A DNA stretch of 63,302 nucleotides, filler included, from Olpidium bornovanus S191 (lineage: Eukaryota; Fungi; Olpidiomycota): assembly GCA_017911155.1 (NCBI GenBank). It is 29 parts of 29 records of this genome, joined end to end, with 100 filler letters (N's around TTAATTAATTAA, not from the genome) between each part and the next. Parts side by side here need not be neighbours in the genome. Positions count along the whole stretch, not along the records: positions 1 to 4,303 come from JAEFCI010006582.1; positions 4,404 to 5,750 come from JAEFCI010004818.1; positions 5,851 to 8,517 come from JAEFCI010000142.1; positions 8,618 to 11,777 come from JAEFCI010010245.1; 25 more parts are not named here. One strand, written 5' to 3'. The notes under the pieces were generated by a model. It saw only the letters and a list, made by a program, of their open reading frames with translations. It had not been told where the DNA came from and did not search any database. Every line of letters starts with the position of its first letter. Within the stretch, counting starts at the first letter, position 1. Shown here one piece after another: positions 1 through 11,391 of this stretch. The translations under genes were made by a program, and so were the position numbers.

Positions 1-579
1 CTGGTGGGGCCCCCACCTGTTTCGTTTTTTTTTTTTTTTTTTTTTTTTAGTTTTTCGTCCGCGTGGCAGAGCGGAATTTATTTTGAGATTTACGCGTTGT
101 AAGAGATAAAGCCATTTAAGTGAAAACATTTTAAGGGGTTCCATAACGACGCGCGGATCTCAACGTCAAACAAGAGGGGCCCATTTGGCTGGGGGGGGAG
201 GACACTTTTGCGTGGGCCGGATTTGCGGATCGGGAGTGCTGCTATCTGTCTTGACGCCAGCTGTCTCAACACCCCTCGCCTTCAAAGCTTTCTTCGAAAG
301 AGCCTTTCGAAGCGTTCTTCCAAGCACCTCTAATTACCAGCGTGTCCGCCGAAGCTGGCGCCAAACCCCAGTGTGCATGCCAAGGCGCCCCCAGGTGCAG
401 GTCGGCTGCCGATGCAGATGCGCTCTCTGGGCGCCTTTACCGGTGGGCTTGGCGGCTCTCCTGGGAGACCACCCCCCCCCCCCCAAAGGGGGTGTGTCCA
501 CAGGTGAAATCGCACTTCCCCCTCACCAGACCAAAACACACCAAAGCAAGCCGCTCTCCGCTCTCGCGAGCACCCTCTC

Positions 580-1182
580 TCAACGACGCCAACGAAGGCT
601 CGTCATCAGCGCCTCGACTTGTAAGCCGAGAGTCTGTATTTCCGCGTTTGATGTCGAGTCCATGCGCATCCTGCCTAGCTCTTTTTTTTTGAAGTAGAAT
701 TGAATTAACAACTCTTTGGGACTGCGTCGACAGCCTGGACATCCTGCTTGAAAAAAGAAGTCTCCTTGATTTGCTGCGGGAGGCTGTTGTGCTTTTCCCG
801 CGCGTCTCGCATCATGGTGCGTCTTCCTAGCGGCACACGTAGTAGGTAGGCGTACTCGTCGTTCTCGTCTGCGGTCCTCAGCGTTTTGGCACCGCACTTT
901 TCCTTACGGTCCAGCACGGCGCTTGCGCGGATCGGCGCGTACGGGGCAGCCTTCCGTGGTTCCCTCTGTGGTTTCTACGGCGGATGGGAGAGAGGCGGGC
1001 ATTCTTTTTTTCTTCTTTGACGGGAGGTCGGCGGGTTTGGGCTCATAGCCTGTTTGCATTTCGGCGCCGAGCAGAGCGCCGCCAGACAAATGCCGATGCT
1101 ATACCTATCCATAGATCACTTATATTCGTTTATTTTTAAAACGATTTGCATTGTACTTAACTAGTATATGTGCCTACAAACA
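580..1182 (-). mobile_element. Decayed Ty1/copia-like 5' end: LTR end, tRNA-iMet-half PBS, frameshifted gag-like sequence
   Basis: Minus strand reads TGTTTG(1182)...CAAACA(1051)|GGCTATGAGCCCAAA. The leader shares CAAAGAAGAAAAA and CAGAGG..AACCA.GGAAGG with the copy at 34.8 kb. Downstream broken ORFs (QFYFKKKELGRMRMDSTSNAEIQTLGLQVEALMTSL) are weakly gag-like. The LTR 5' boundary is uncertain and may extend to about 1283. Confidence 0.5.
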
Positions 1183-1847
1183 TATGAATATATACGTACG
1201 TCGTCGCTGAGACGAGAAGAGGCCGAGCGGAAAAGCTTTTCGTTTGTTTTGTTTGTTTGCTTTGTACTCGGGATCTAATCTACACCAGGCAGGCCTCTTT
1301 GAACAACAGCGGCGGGCGGCGGCCCGATAGGGATGTTACGCCGCCCGCGGGGGGGGAAGGAGCGCGCGCGGCTTTTGCTCCGGCTTCTCCCTCCCCCCCC
1401 CTTTCCTCCTCCCGTTCCCGTCCCTTGCTCGCCCACATCACCCTCCCCCCCCCACACACACACCACTTTTTTTCCCCCCGTCCGCCTTCTTCTCTCCTTT
1501 CCCCGCCCCCACCCCGCCCGGCATTCTGGTGTCCCCGTCGCAGTGCGACAGCCACCTTTACACCTGCGGTGGTAAAAGAGTCAACTTTTCGAGCCGCGAC
1601 GCTGTCGATCGCCGCGCCTGCGTGGTGTCGGGCTTTCGACCCCCCCCCCCCCCGCCCCCCCCCCCCCCGGCGGCAGCCGATCACAGCGCTCCCCTACCCT
1701 CCTGACCGACCACCCGCGCTTTCGCCGCTTGCAGGGTCCCACGAACTGGTGCCTTCTTGTCGAACACGAGCGCAACGACTCCGCCGGGAGCGGGAGCAGC
1801 GAAAGCCCTTGCGCGTGGGACCCCCCCCCTCGATCCGCGCCGCGAAA

Positions 1848-4174
1848 ATGTCCGGAATGTTTAAGATCCCGCTTTTTATGTACACTGACTCGTACAAGAT
1901 ATCCCATTGCGCCGTATACCCGGAAGCGTCCAAGGTCGGCGCGCCTCCCCTGCCCCTTCCTCCGCGACCGGCGGGTGCTGCTACGCTGTCCCTGTTGGGC
2001 GCGCGGCACCCGCGCGTATCCCGTGGCGTTGCAGTCTGTTTTGTTCGGCGGTTACGACGTCGAGCACCTAGGGTCCGGTCGTGGTCCGACCCCCGTTTCT
2101 CGTTTGACTTGCGGAATCCGTTACCGTTTAGATGGTTGCGTACGCGGAATGCAGATCTGGCTACGACGGCGACAAGGAAGACACTCGCATCCTCTTCTAT
2201 GGCATCCGACACGTCATCGAGAACTACGTCGCCGTCCAGTGGACAATAGAGGACGTTGAGAAGGCCGAGGCGTTCTTTACCGGTCACAACGCCGGGCACA
2301 CGTCTTTCAGGTTTCCCAAAGATCTGTTTCTCAAGGCAAGAGATCTTTTGAAAGTGCGGCGCGCGTTCATACTGTGTCTGACGCCCCGCCGTAACAGTTC
2401 ATCAAGGAGAACAACGGCTATTTTCCGGTGAAGATCGAAGCTCTGCCTGAAGGCACTGTGGTATATCCTCACGTGCCCATGTACCAGATTACTGCCGAGA
2501 AGGATTACTCCCGAATCTGCACCTTCCTGGAGACGGTGCTCACCATGGTGTGGGTAGGCATGTTCACGTTTGGTTAATGTTTGTCAGCGTGGTTCCGCGC
2601 GCGCATAGCAATGTTCTTTTTCCCTTTTATTTATCGCCGCGCCACTTCCGCACTAGTATCCCACAACAGTGGCGACCCTTTCGCGACGTGTACGTGATCT
2701 CTTTGAGATTGCCTATGAACGGACGGTAGACGAGTCCGACTACTGGTCCCTGGATTCCAGAATCCACGATTTCGGTTTCCGCGGATGCACGTGTTTGGAG
2801 CAATCAATTGCTGGCGGGGGTGCTCATCTGGTCGGTTGACTCTCCGGTTTGATCGCTTGGCGTGAACGTCCCCAGTTCGTTTGGTGGGATTAATTACTTC
2901 GATTTATCTCGATCTGCCTGCAGATCAACTTCAACGGGACCGATACGCTCACTGCGGCGTATCACGCCCAATTCAATCTTAATAACGGCAAGCCCGTGGG
3001 CGAATCAATTCCCGCCACGGAACACTCCGTAATGATGTCTTTTCCATCTGAAAAGGTGAGGAGACTCATCCAGGTTTTTGGGCGCGTTTAAGGACCGTTC
3101 TTTTGGCGGAAAAAAAAAGACTCATTACGCGGCTAGGATGCAATTATGGCAATGATCCGGGAATACGGCCACGGCGCGTTCGCGGTCGTCATGGACACGT
3201 ACGACTACGTCCACGCCTTGGAAGCCGTCCTGCCTGCTGTCGCGAAGGCCAAGACAGACGCGGGAGGCTTTATGGTTATCAGGCCCGACTCGGGTGACAC
3301 CGTGGACACCGTTCTGCAGGCACTTCGGTCCGCGGAGAAGGTGTTCGGTTCTCGGGTCAACGGCAAGGGCTTCAAAGTCCTAAACGGTTGCGGGGTGATT
3401 CAGGGAGACGGCGTTACGTACGCGAAGGCCGGGCAGATCCTGAAGGCCGTCGAGTCCACGGGTTTCAGCGCTCAGAACGTCGCTATGGGCATGGGCGGCG
3501 GCCTGCTACAGAGGGTGAACAGGGACATGCTCAGTTTCGCGACGAAGCTCAGCCACATTAGCCACGCCGACGGCAGCACGCGTGATGTGCTCAAGTATCC
3601 CAAGACGGAGCACAGCAAGGCGTCACTTCCCGGAGAATTCGTCGTCGTCCGGACGCCCGCCGCTGACGGCTGCGGGATTCCCGTGGTGTACCCGAAGGAA
3701 ACTCAATTCAGCTATCACAAGCAGCCGGGCATCGTCGAGACGGGCAAAGCGGACAGCGAAGCGTCCGAAGCCGACGTCGCAGCTGTGGTGGGCATCAGGA
3801 ACTACAAGCACTCAGGCATCCCTGAGATGGGCATCGTTTTCGACAACGCGGACGAGATCGCCGCTGCTGCCCTGGAGGCCGGCCGCGCCGCTCGTCTAGA
3901 CGAAGACGGGGCCAACCTCCTCCGGCCCGTCTACGACCACGGGCCGGTCCTGTGTGGCACTGCGCCTGACGGAGAGCCGCCGGCGGCGGAGGGGGGTCGC
4001 ATTCGAGCTTGGGATTCGTTCGACGTTATTCGTCGCCGGGCGCGCGAGGAGTGGAGGGCGTCGCCGAAAACGGCAGACGTCGTTAGCCCGGCGCTGAAGG
4101 CGAAGACGGACAAGGCGCTTCAGGTCCTCCGGAGAGCGGTGCAGCAAGACGCAGCCTGCGGAGCGGCCAGGTGA
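1848..4174 (+). CDS. NAMPT: Nicotinamide phosphoribosyltransferase, complete, 6 exons (1848-1934, 2132-2335, 2398-2553, 2657-2830, 2924-3055, 3137-4174)
   Basis: Spliced translation gives NAMPT motifs TDSYK, PVKIEALPEG, RIHDFGFRG, NFNGTDT, SIPATEHS, VMDTYD, IRPDSGD, IQGDGV, GMGGGLLQ. All junctions keep frame. Confidence 0.92.
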
Positions 4175-4303
4175 CCCCGTAACATGGGGGTGGGGGTGGG
4201 TGAGGAGCTTGCCAAGTCGAAGTCATCAACATAGAGCGCCGCACTATACCGACGGGAACTTTCGTACAGGGGCTATTGATGACGACGCACCTTTTCAAAG
4301 GCC

Positions 4304-4403
4304 NNNNNNNNNNNNNNNNNNNNNNNNNNNNNNNNNNNNNNNNNNNNTTAATTAATTAANNNNNNNNNNNNNNNNNNNNNNNNNNNNNNNNNNNNNNNNN
4401 NNN
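4304..4403. other. Artificial contig spacer (first of 28 identical 100-bp spacers)
   Basis: 44 N + TTAATTAATTAA (stops in all six frames) + 44 N. The others start at 5751, 8518, 11778, 14490, 15762, 18845, 20136, 22735, 25302, 28802, 31753, 34166, 35288, 36643, 38070, 39950, 41996, 43104, 45844, 47378, 50278, 51659, 52786, 55420, 56957, 58575, 61206. Confidence 0.98.
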
Positions 4404-5750
4404 CATGTCTTTCGGCTTGCTGGGTGGAGACGTTTGGCCATCACGTCACCCACGACTCGTCGGTCTCGCGTGCGACCCTGTTTCGGATGTCGGGAACGCG
4501 CCGATGCTGGAGCTGTGGCAGAGCTCAGAAGATGGGGCAATTTATCAGTGCGACCTAGACCTGTTTGCAGCGGAAGGAGCGGGGGGGGAGGGATACCGGG
4601 ATCAGCCGGAAGGGCCGGTCCGGAAAGAGCTTGCCGGATGTCCTGAAAACAGCGAACGCATCCGCAGGCATGAATGGGCCCTTGATTACGGGGAGCGGTT
4701 GCGGGAGGCCGGCCCACTGCAGCTGAAAAATTTCCGTCTTGTTGACATGCGAGACGCGTACGAAGGTGAAGAAACTGCTGTTTTCCTTTTCTCGCGCAGG
4801 TTCGTGAACCCCAACTAACCATATTCCTTTCGATGCAGACTTGACAAGCTTTCTTGACAGTCTACCCTCTGTCAAACCCGTCAGCCAGCGAGCCGCTGAC
4901 GGGCTTGACGAACTCGTACAACGGACCTTGTACCCTTTCAGTCTGTTGGAAGCGCTGCCGACTGTGCGGGGTTGTCCGACGAAGGCGGCGGAGGAACCGG
5001 CAGACGGCGAGCTTAATTTTCCTGCCACGGAATCGCAGCCAGCTCAGGAAGGATGCCAGGGCCGGAGTTCTGACTACCCCGTCGAAAACAGGTTCCTGGA
5101 GCCGTGTTCGTTGGCGGCAACGTCCGCTCTGGAAAGAGCGCTGCGGGAGCGCGGATACAACGCATCGATCTGGAACGTCGGCGAACACGAGCCGGAGGCC
5201 GGCGCCGGCATAGTTGACGAGGAACACAGAGCTGACGTCGATGACGAAGGCGAGCAGCCTGCCGCGTGTCCTCCTTCTCCTTTGCCTAGCGCCGAGGCCG
5301 TCCTGGAACGCGTCTTGGCGGCTGCCTCCACAGTCGTCCGGCGGCGGCAGGCAGCAGACCCCGGCGACGGAACGGACGCGCTGCCGGACCGGCACGACGT
5401 GGCGTCCTGCGACCTGGAATCGACGCGGGAGCTGCCGCCTCCGCAGTTGAAAGGTTACCGGCTGCAGCACCTCGCCACCCGTGTCCGGCCGAAGATCACG
5501 CGCGCGGCGAGCGCCCTGCTGGAGTTCTGGGACGAGCCGGGCGAGCAGGCGGCGCGGACGGCGGACGAAACGATGCAGGAGAGCATCCTCGACGAGTACG
5601 GCCGGTGGGCGGCGGCGTCGCCGTCGTCCCATGTGGGGTCTGCGTCCTTCCCGCCGACTTGTCCGCCTCTGCCGCCCAGCCTGCCCTCGAAACTGGGCAC
5701 CCCCGCCTCGCCCATCAGGCGAAACGCGCGGGCGTCGCTCTCGTTTGCCG
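4404..5750 (+). CDS. Partial Rrn6/TAF1C-like RNA Pol I initiation factor subunit, C-terminal part
   Basis: HPRLVGLAC...LELWQSSEDGAIYQCDL resembles the TAF1C/Rrn6 end-of-propeller motif (P..GLA...LFQ.S..G.FYQ.L); ALLEFWDEPG resembles the fungal Rrn6 C-terminal motif. Intron(s) at about 4767-4838. Confidence 0.5.
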
Positions 5751-5850
5751 NNNNNNNNNNNNNNNNNNNNNNNNNNNNNNNNNNNNNNNNNNNNTTAATT
5801 AATTAANNNNNNNNNNNNNNNNNNNNNNNNNNNNNNNNNNNNNNNNNNNN

Positions 5851-7548
5851 CATGGTTTCGATCTTTCGATTCAGCCCCTTGTGGAGCTTGTTGTAACATA
5901 ATATGTCTCCACAACGAATAAGTCCATATTGGCATAAGCTGCGAATGTCGAGGGATGCAGCTTTCCTAAGGAACAGGCTTTTCAACAAGTCTGCAACAGT
6001 CGTTGGATCCTCATTCGCAACTTCTCGGGGCACGGATAAAATCGCAACCGCTGCGACGTGACCCACCCGGCGACATCCTTCTTTTTCTGCTCGCGCGATC
6101 TGTCGCCCCACTTTGCCTCGAACATCTCGTCCTTCCAGACTCCACCGTTTGACTCCTCACTGCTGCTGGACCAGCTTTCGGAGCCGCTGCAGCTCAACTC
6201 CATTTCGTGTTTTGAGTCGCCCTGGCAGGCGACGGGCTTCAAGGCGGTGTCCGATACCTTCTTGTAGAATGCAGATCGTCGCTCCGCTCTTGCTTTCTTG
6301 CGTCGGGCCTTCTCTACGTTTTCCGGCAGGAGTCGTCCGGCGGCTAAATCCTTCTGGAATGCCAGAAGCGACTGGCGGAATGGAACGGTGTCGAAAAAGT
6401 CGCTGACGAACCCGATTGGAATAATCTCTTCTCTAGCGCAAACTGACGATTGTTGCCAGGCCCATAAGGGCAAAAACATGAAACAACAGCTGAGGTTGAT
6501 AGCGTGAAACAGACAGCTATTTGCTGATGGGTGCTCGACACGCACCATTCGTCTCCGTTAATGGCTTCGTTGACCTTCGCCTTCTCGCCTCTTTTGGCCG
6601 GTAAACCAGATCGACATCAGGAAGCAGAGCAAAAAGTTCCTTTTTCTCCTTCATGGAAAAGTGCTCCAAGGTTGTGTGGCCGAATAGAAGCTGGTGGCAA
6701 ACCAAAAAAGTAAAGAAACACAAAGAAACGGAATCCAGATTAACGTCCGACAGCGCAAGCTCTTGTAGTGAACTCGCGAACGTGTTTCGACACACATCAA
6801 TATTGATCTCTGTCAGTTCGCTTTTTGGATCAGTGAGTAGCTTCTCTATTTGTGACGGCCGAGCGGCTGGTTGCGGCACGCGGCGATCAGGCTTTTTGAG
6901 AAGCCGTCGTCGATTCGTGCTCTTCCTGGCATCGACCGAACCCGCCTTCGGTGTACGCGAGCGCATGGAGCGCGCGTCGGCTTTGCTCGGTGCTGAAGCG
7001 GGGGTGGGATCGCCGCCTGTTCCCCCGCCGCCCTAGAGCGGTCAAATGAATGCGTCAGCTGTTCCACTCCCAGAAAAGGCCACGCGAGCAGATCGGCCGT
7101 GCGGACATCCACGGACAGTCCGCGGCTAGAAGCAGAGACTTTTCGGCTTTGGGCGGCGACCACGTTGGGAGTCGGAACGAACGTTTGCCGCATCGCCGTG
7201 AGAACCGATGCCGCCGGAAGCAGCCCGTCGGCCGCGCCTTGGCCGGGGCTCGTCCGCATCGACTTCCAGGTCGACGACTTCGCCGCCAGGCGGGCGTAGG
7301 TCTGGCGGCAGGGGTTGCAGAGTGGTGCCGCCCGCGCTGAACGGGCCGGCCGCAGCGGAGTCGCCCCCGCGCTCGGACGAAGGTAGCGAATTTCCTTCGT
7401 CAATCCCGTCTGTTGGCGCAGCGGTGATGTCCGTGTCGAGCTGTCGGTTCCGAGAAGCGTCGCCGGCCATGTCGCCGTGGCACGTGCAGGACGTGTCGAC
7501 TGCAGAAGAGGCCTCGCCCGGCTTGCTTGCTTGTGCGGCTGTGAGCAT
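5851..7548 (-). CDS. DEUBAD/Asx-homology domain protein, 3'-truncated, with a C-terminal RAMA-like segment
   Basis: LLTDPKSELTEINID|LLFGHTTLEHFSMKEKKELFALLPDVD ... FFDTVPFRQSLLAFQKDLAAGRL ... KDEMFEAKWG matches the ASXH pattern. GT-AG introns at 6795-6691, 6545-6443 and about 6070-5966. The 5' exon structure is uncertain. Confidence 0.78.
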
Positions 7549-8788
7549 ATTCGTTCCTCAGTCCGCTCGACCGGACCTGGGCGGCGCGGGCGCAGCGGTT
7601 GCTGCCCAAACGACCAGGTTTTTGTGCTTTTATGGCGATAAATCGGAATAAAATTCAATTCACCACACTCAGGTGACTCTGCCACAAAGGTTACATTCCC
7701 TGGTATCTTCCATAAAAATATTACTAGCAAAATCACCGTAAAACGAAATATTCCCGCATTATGTTCTTTATTTTGACCCGGCTTGTATGGAGTTTCTTGC
7801 ATCTTGGGAATCATTTGGATTGGTGGGATGTGCAGGTTTGCAGTTTCGCGGGATTTCGAGATTTGGCAGATATGCAGATTCGGTGGATCTACGGGATTCG
7901 CAGATTCAGATTCGCAAAGCAGTAGCAAAAGCCGAAGCCGAATTCCCCTACCCGCTTCATTTTGATGCCAACGGATGTGCTATGCAAGATGAGCTTCGCG
8001 CTCTCTGAGAGTGCGCCAGGTAAATTTTACGTACGCATAGAAGCACAAATCCCCCTGGCCCGGCTCTTCCTCAACAACCATCGATCCCGTGTGACTTGCA
8101 CGTCAGAGGACGCGGTGCCGGACGACGATGCAACCCCACCGGAGCGGGACGACAGGAGCGAATGCCGAGTCTGCGAAAATTCTCGCAGCCCACTCGTGGC
8201 TCTCGTAACCCCGCGCGCTCCGCTAGGCAGGCGGCGTCGGTCAGCAAATCGCGCGTCGGATGTCGTGTCGATCGAAATGAAGTTGTTGCTTTCCTCGTAT
8301 CAAGCTCTCCGCAATCCGCTCGTAGGCGAGCAAAACATCAGTAACTTGCAATGTTTTTTTTTCAAACAGACCTGCACGCAAAGATCGTATGGTTTGGTCG
8401 ACGAGCACGACCGTCGACGAAGACTGTTAGCTCTTCTCAGGTGAGAACAAGGTAATGATACTGTTGTGCTCGTGGCATTATCTTGTGTTGCAATATTCAC
8501 GTATAAAGCAATACATGNNNNNNNNNNNNNNNNNNNNNNNNNNNNNNNNNNNNNNNNNNNNTTAATTAATTAANNNNNNNNNNNNNNNNNNNNNNNNNNN
8601 NNNNNNNNNNNNNNNNNATAACTTTGCCACCCACCAAGGGGGTATCATAGGATGTTAACCCAAGGCGGGTTTTGGGATTGAACCGCCACTCTGAGGGTTG
8701 CACGTGATACCAAATGCTGCCGTCCGTTGCATCGCATGAAGGCCATGAAGATCGATGCGTCCAATCGGACGCTTCGGGATTCCACACA

Positions 8789-10565
8789 CTATGATTCCCA
8801 GTCGCCTTCATCGTCGTCAAGCGACTCCTTGTTGGCCTCCAGAAAAGCCGCGACTTCCCCAACCGTTTCGCGTGGTTGGCCTTCCATCCCTAGCGCGGCA
8901 CCGCCAAGCTCTGCGTCGGGACGGAACGGCGTTGGTGTCACTCTGCGGCAATTCTCCTTTCCGGCTGGCCCAGACACTACTTTCGACGCTGCGGCGTCGC
9001 CTTCCAAAAAAAATTGCGTGCCGTCGTCTTCCCTCCCGCTCTTGACTTTTCGTTTCGCGTTGATCACGTCCTCAAGCTTTTTCTCGGCGCGCACATCGAA
9101 AGTCACGACCGGTCCGATGTCCACAGGAAGAGCGGCGGCGAGGTGAATCAGTCGCTGGTAAACGAGGTATGAAGCCTGCGAGATGTATGCGGTCCAAATT
9201 ATTCGAGTTCCACGAGCGCAGAATTGTCAATATCGACAGCTCCGAACCAGCGCATCGTTTGCGGCGTAGTCGACCTGCTGCGATGTAAGGTTGTATCGCT
9301 CCCAGTTGCTCATCCTGACTTTCCCCTTCCAGAGACTTCTGTTCAACTGAAGTTTGGCCCCAACACGAGAATTGGGCTTCAATACGGCGGCAATAGCGGG
9401 AAAGCGGTAACGGCGTTCGTGGAACATACAAATGCTTCGACCAGGACGCTCAACGACGGCAAACGTCTGCCCAGTTGCGTCGCGATAGAGGACGACTTGC
9501 CTAGATTTTCCGGCGGCAGGAACGGGACGATCTGTGCGCAAACGGAGCCGAGCTCAACGAGCCCCTCGCAGCAGACGCCGTAGTCCTGCATATTGTACAG
9601 CGATCGTCAGATTTTTCCCTTTGAGGAATGAAGTGTGATAGTTACCTTTTTCCGGGTAAAGGCGACAGTTCTACCACGAAAAAACGTCGGACGTGCCTTG
9701 AGCAACCGCTTGGCGTCCGACGCGATCCCAACGCCGGTCAACTGCACTGCGGGGTCTTCGAGGATCCGTTTAAGCTTCTGCGGAAACTCTTGCGTGAGCA
9801 TCGCGCCCACGAAGGGGTGAGTGGGTTGCAGGACGATGAGCTGTGCGGACCGTACGATTGGTCCGGTTTCCAACCAGGGGCGTAGTACCTCGCATGTGGC
9901 ACAGGTGGAAGAGGGCGACGGTGCGTCCGTCGCAGACCTGGGCGAGCGCCGTTCTGCTCTGCGTCCCACTCACGAAGACGGCTGAAAGCCGCGTCAGAAG
10001 AAGCCCGTTCCGAGCTCGCGAGACTCGCCCGCAGCTCGACGGCTTACGTTTCCACTCGAGGTCGAACCCGTACAAAGAGCCGCTGCGAGCAAGGGCCCCG
10101 AGGTGACAAAGGCACCGGATCCTGGGTCAGGTGGGCGCGCGCAGCCACGCGGAGACATACGAAGGTCAAGGAACGTCTCACCACCTCCAATCGCGGACCC
10201 GCTCACCTCAAACGCTCGACGAACCCGTCGGCCTCGGCGGCGTTCCTGGCATACACCACGCGCACAGGATTCGAACACTGACGCGGATCGGCGGCCCTGG
10301 GGGGCGAGCGGTGGGAAAACCTAACGGCGGCCGGCTCTCGCGGCGGAACGAGAACCGGTGCCTGCCGGTCGCCGGCGACCTTTTGGCAACGGAGCGCGGG
10401 CGACGGGCATCGTGTTCCGCCCGCCTCGCGGAAGCCGGCGGCGGGTCGGGGCATCGCACGTTGGGCGCGGCGTGTCCAGTAGAAGAGACTCGGGCGGTTA
10501 CCCCACCCTCCCCGCATCCTGCCAGGAGGGGGGTGAGTGCTGCCCCCGAATGGTGCATGCAACAT
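8789..10565 (-). CDS. WRN/EXD2-type DEDDy 3'-5' exonuclease, multi-exon
   Basis: ExoI YGFDLEWK, then RTALAQVC, ExoII GVGIASDAKRL, and RMSNWE...ExoIII YAANDA across GT-AG exons. The start codon is tentative. Confidence 0.85.
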
Positions 10566-11391
10566 CAAAGTAATTAACTCGCTGCTGCAGCACGTAACAG
10601 GTCCGAAGCCTGCCGATCTCTTGAACTGGTTGAGCAAAAATTGATCAAACAGAAAAACGCGTGTTAAAGTCACGTTTCATACATGGTGCCTTCTCTGCAA
10701 ATGCTGTTGTTTCCTTCCATGCCTATTTTCTTGCACCAGTAACTACGCCGCTCACGAATACAAACAGGAAGGGGGAATCTACGGGCGATCTACGGGCGAC
10801 ACCAAACGCCATCGTCCTCCTGCCATCCTCTGTCTTTCCTGACACCAATGCTAATTATTGTCTTAAGCCCTGAATTATTGAGGAAATCCCGCTCTGCAAA
10901 ATGCACATCTTCTGCTAAACCTTAACTTTTTTTTTCTCCATTGCAGCGGTTCGGGTCCGCCGCGAAGTCGGCTCACTCCTTCATTATTTTATTACATAAT
11001 CAATATCTATATCGTTAGTGAAGTTCGAACTTACCTGTGGACGATCCCCCTGGGGGATATTCTCCAGGGAAGCCGCCCAGCCCACCGGTGAAGAGCTTGT
11101 GGAAGAGCAAGTTAGAATCAAAAGGCGCCCGGAGAGCGTATCTGCATCGGCAGCCACATCCACACCGGGATAATGGCGCCGGCTACGGCGGAGGCACCGG
11201 CGGTGGAGTCGCGTCAAAAAAGCCCTCCGAAGAGTTCTTTGATGAAGGTTTTGAAGGACGCATTGAAGAGCAGTCGGGATAAAGGTTGTCGACAGACAAA
11301 TGGCAGCACTACCGATCCGTAGATTCCGTCCGCGCGGAAGCGTCTTCCACCAGACCCCCCTTTCTTTTTGACCCCTTCGCCCCGTGGGTGA

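Noticed and set aside
18-172. TGTTT...AAACA-bounded segment as the 3' LTR of the element at 1051-1182
   Set aside because: No internal similarity to that LTR and no polypurine tract upstream.
4348-4359. TTAATTAATTAA recurring 28 times, like a regularly spaced repeat or CRISPR array
   Set aside because: Always centred in identical N padding; an assembly linker.
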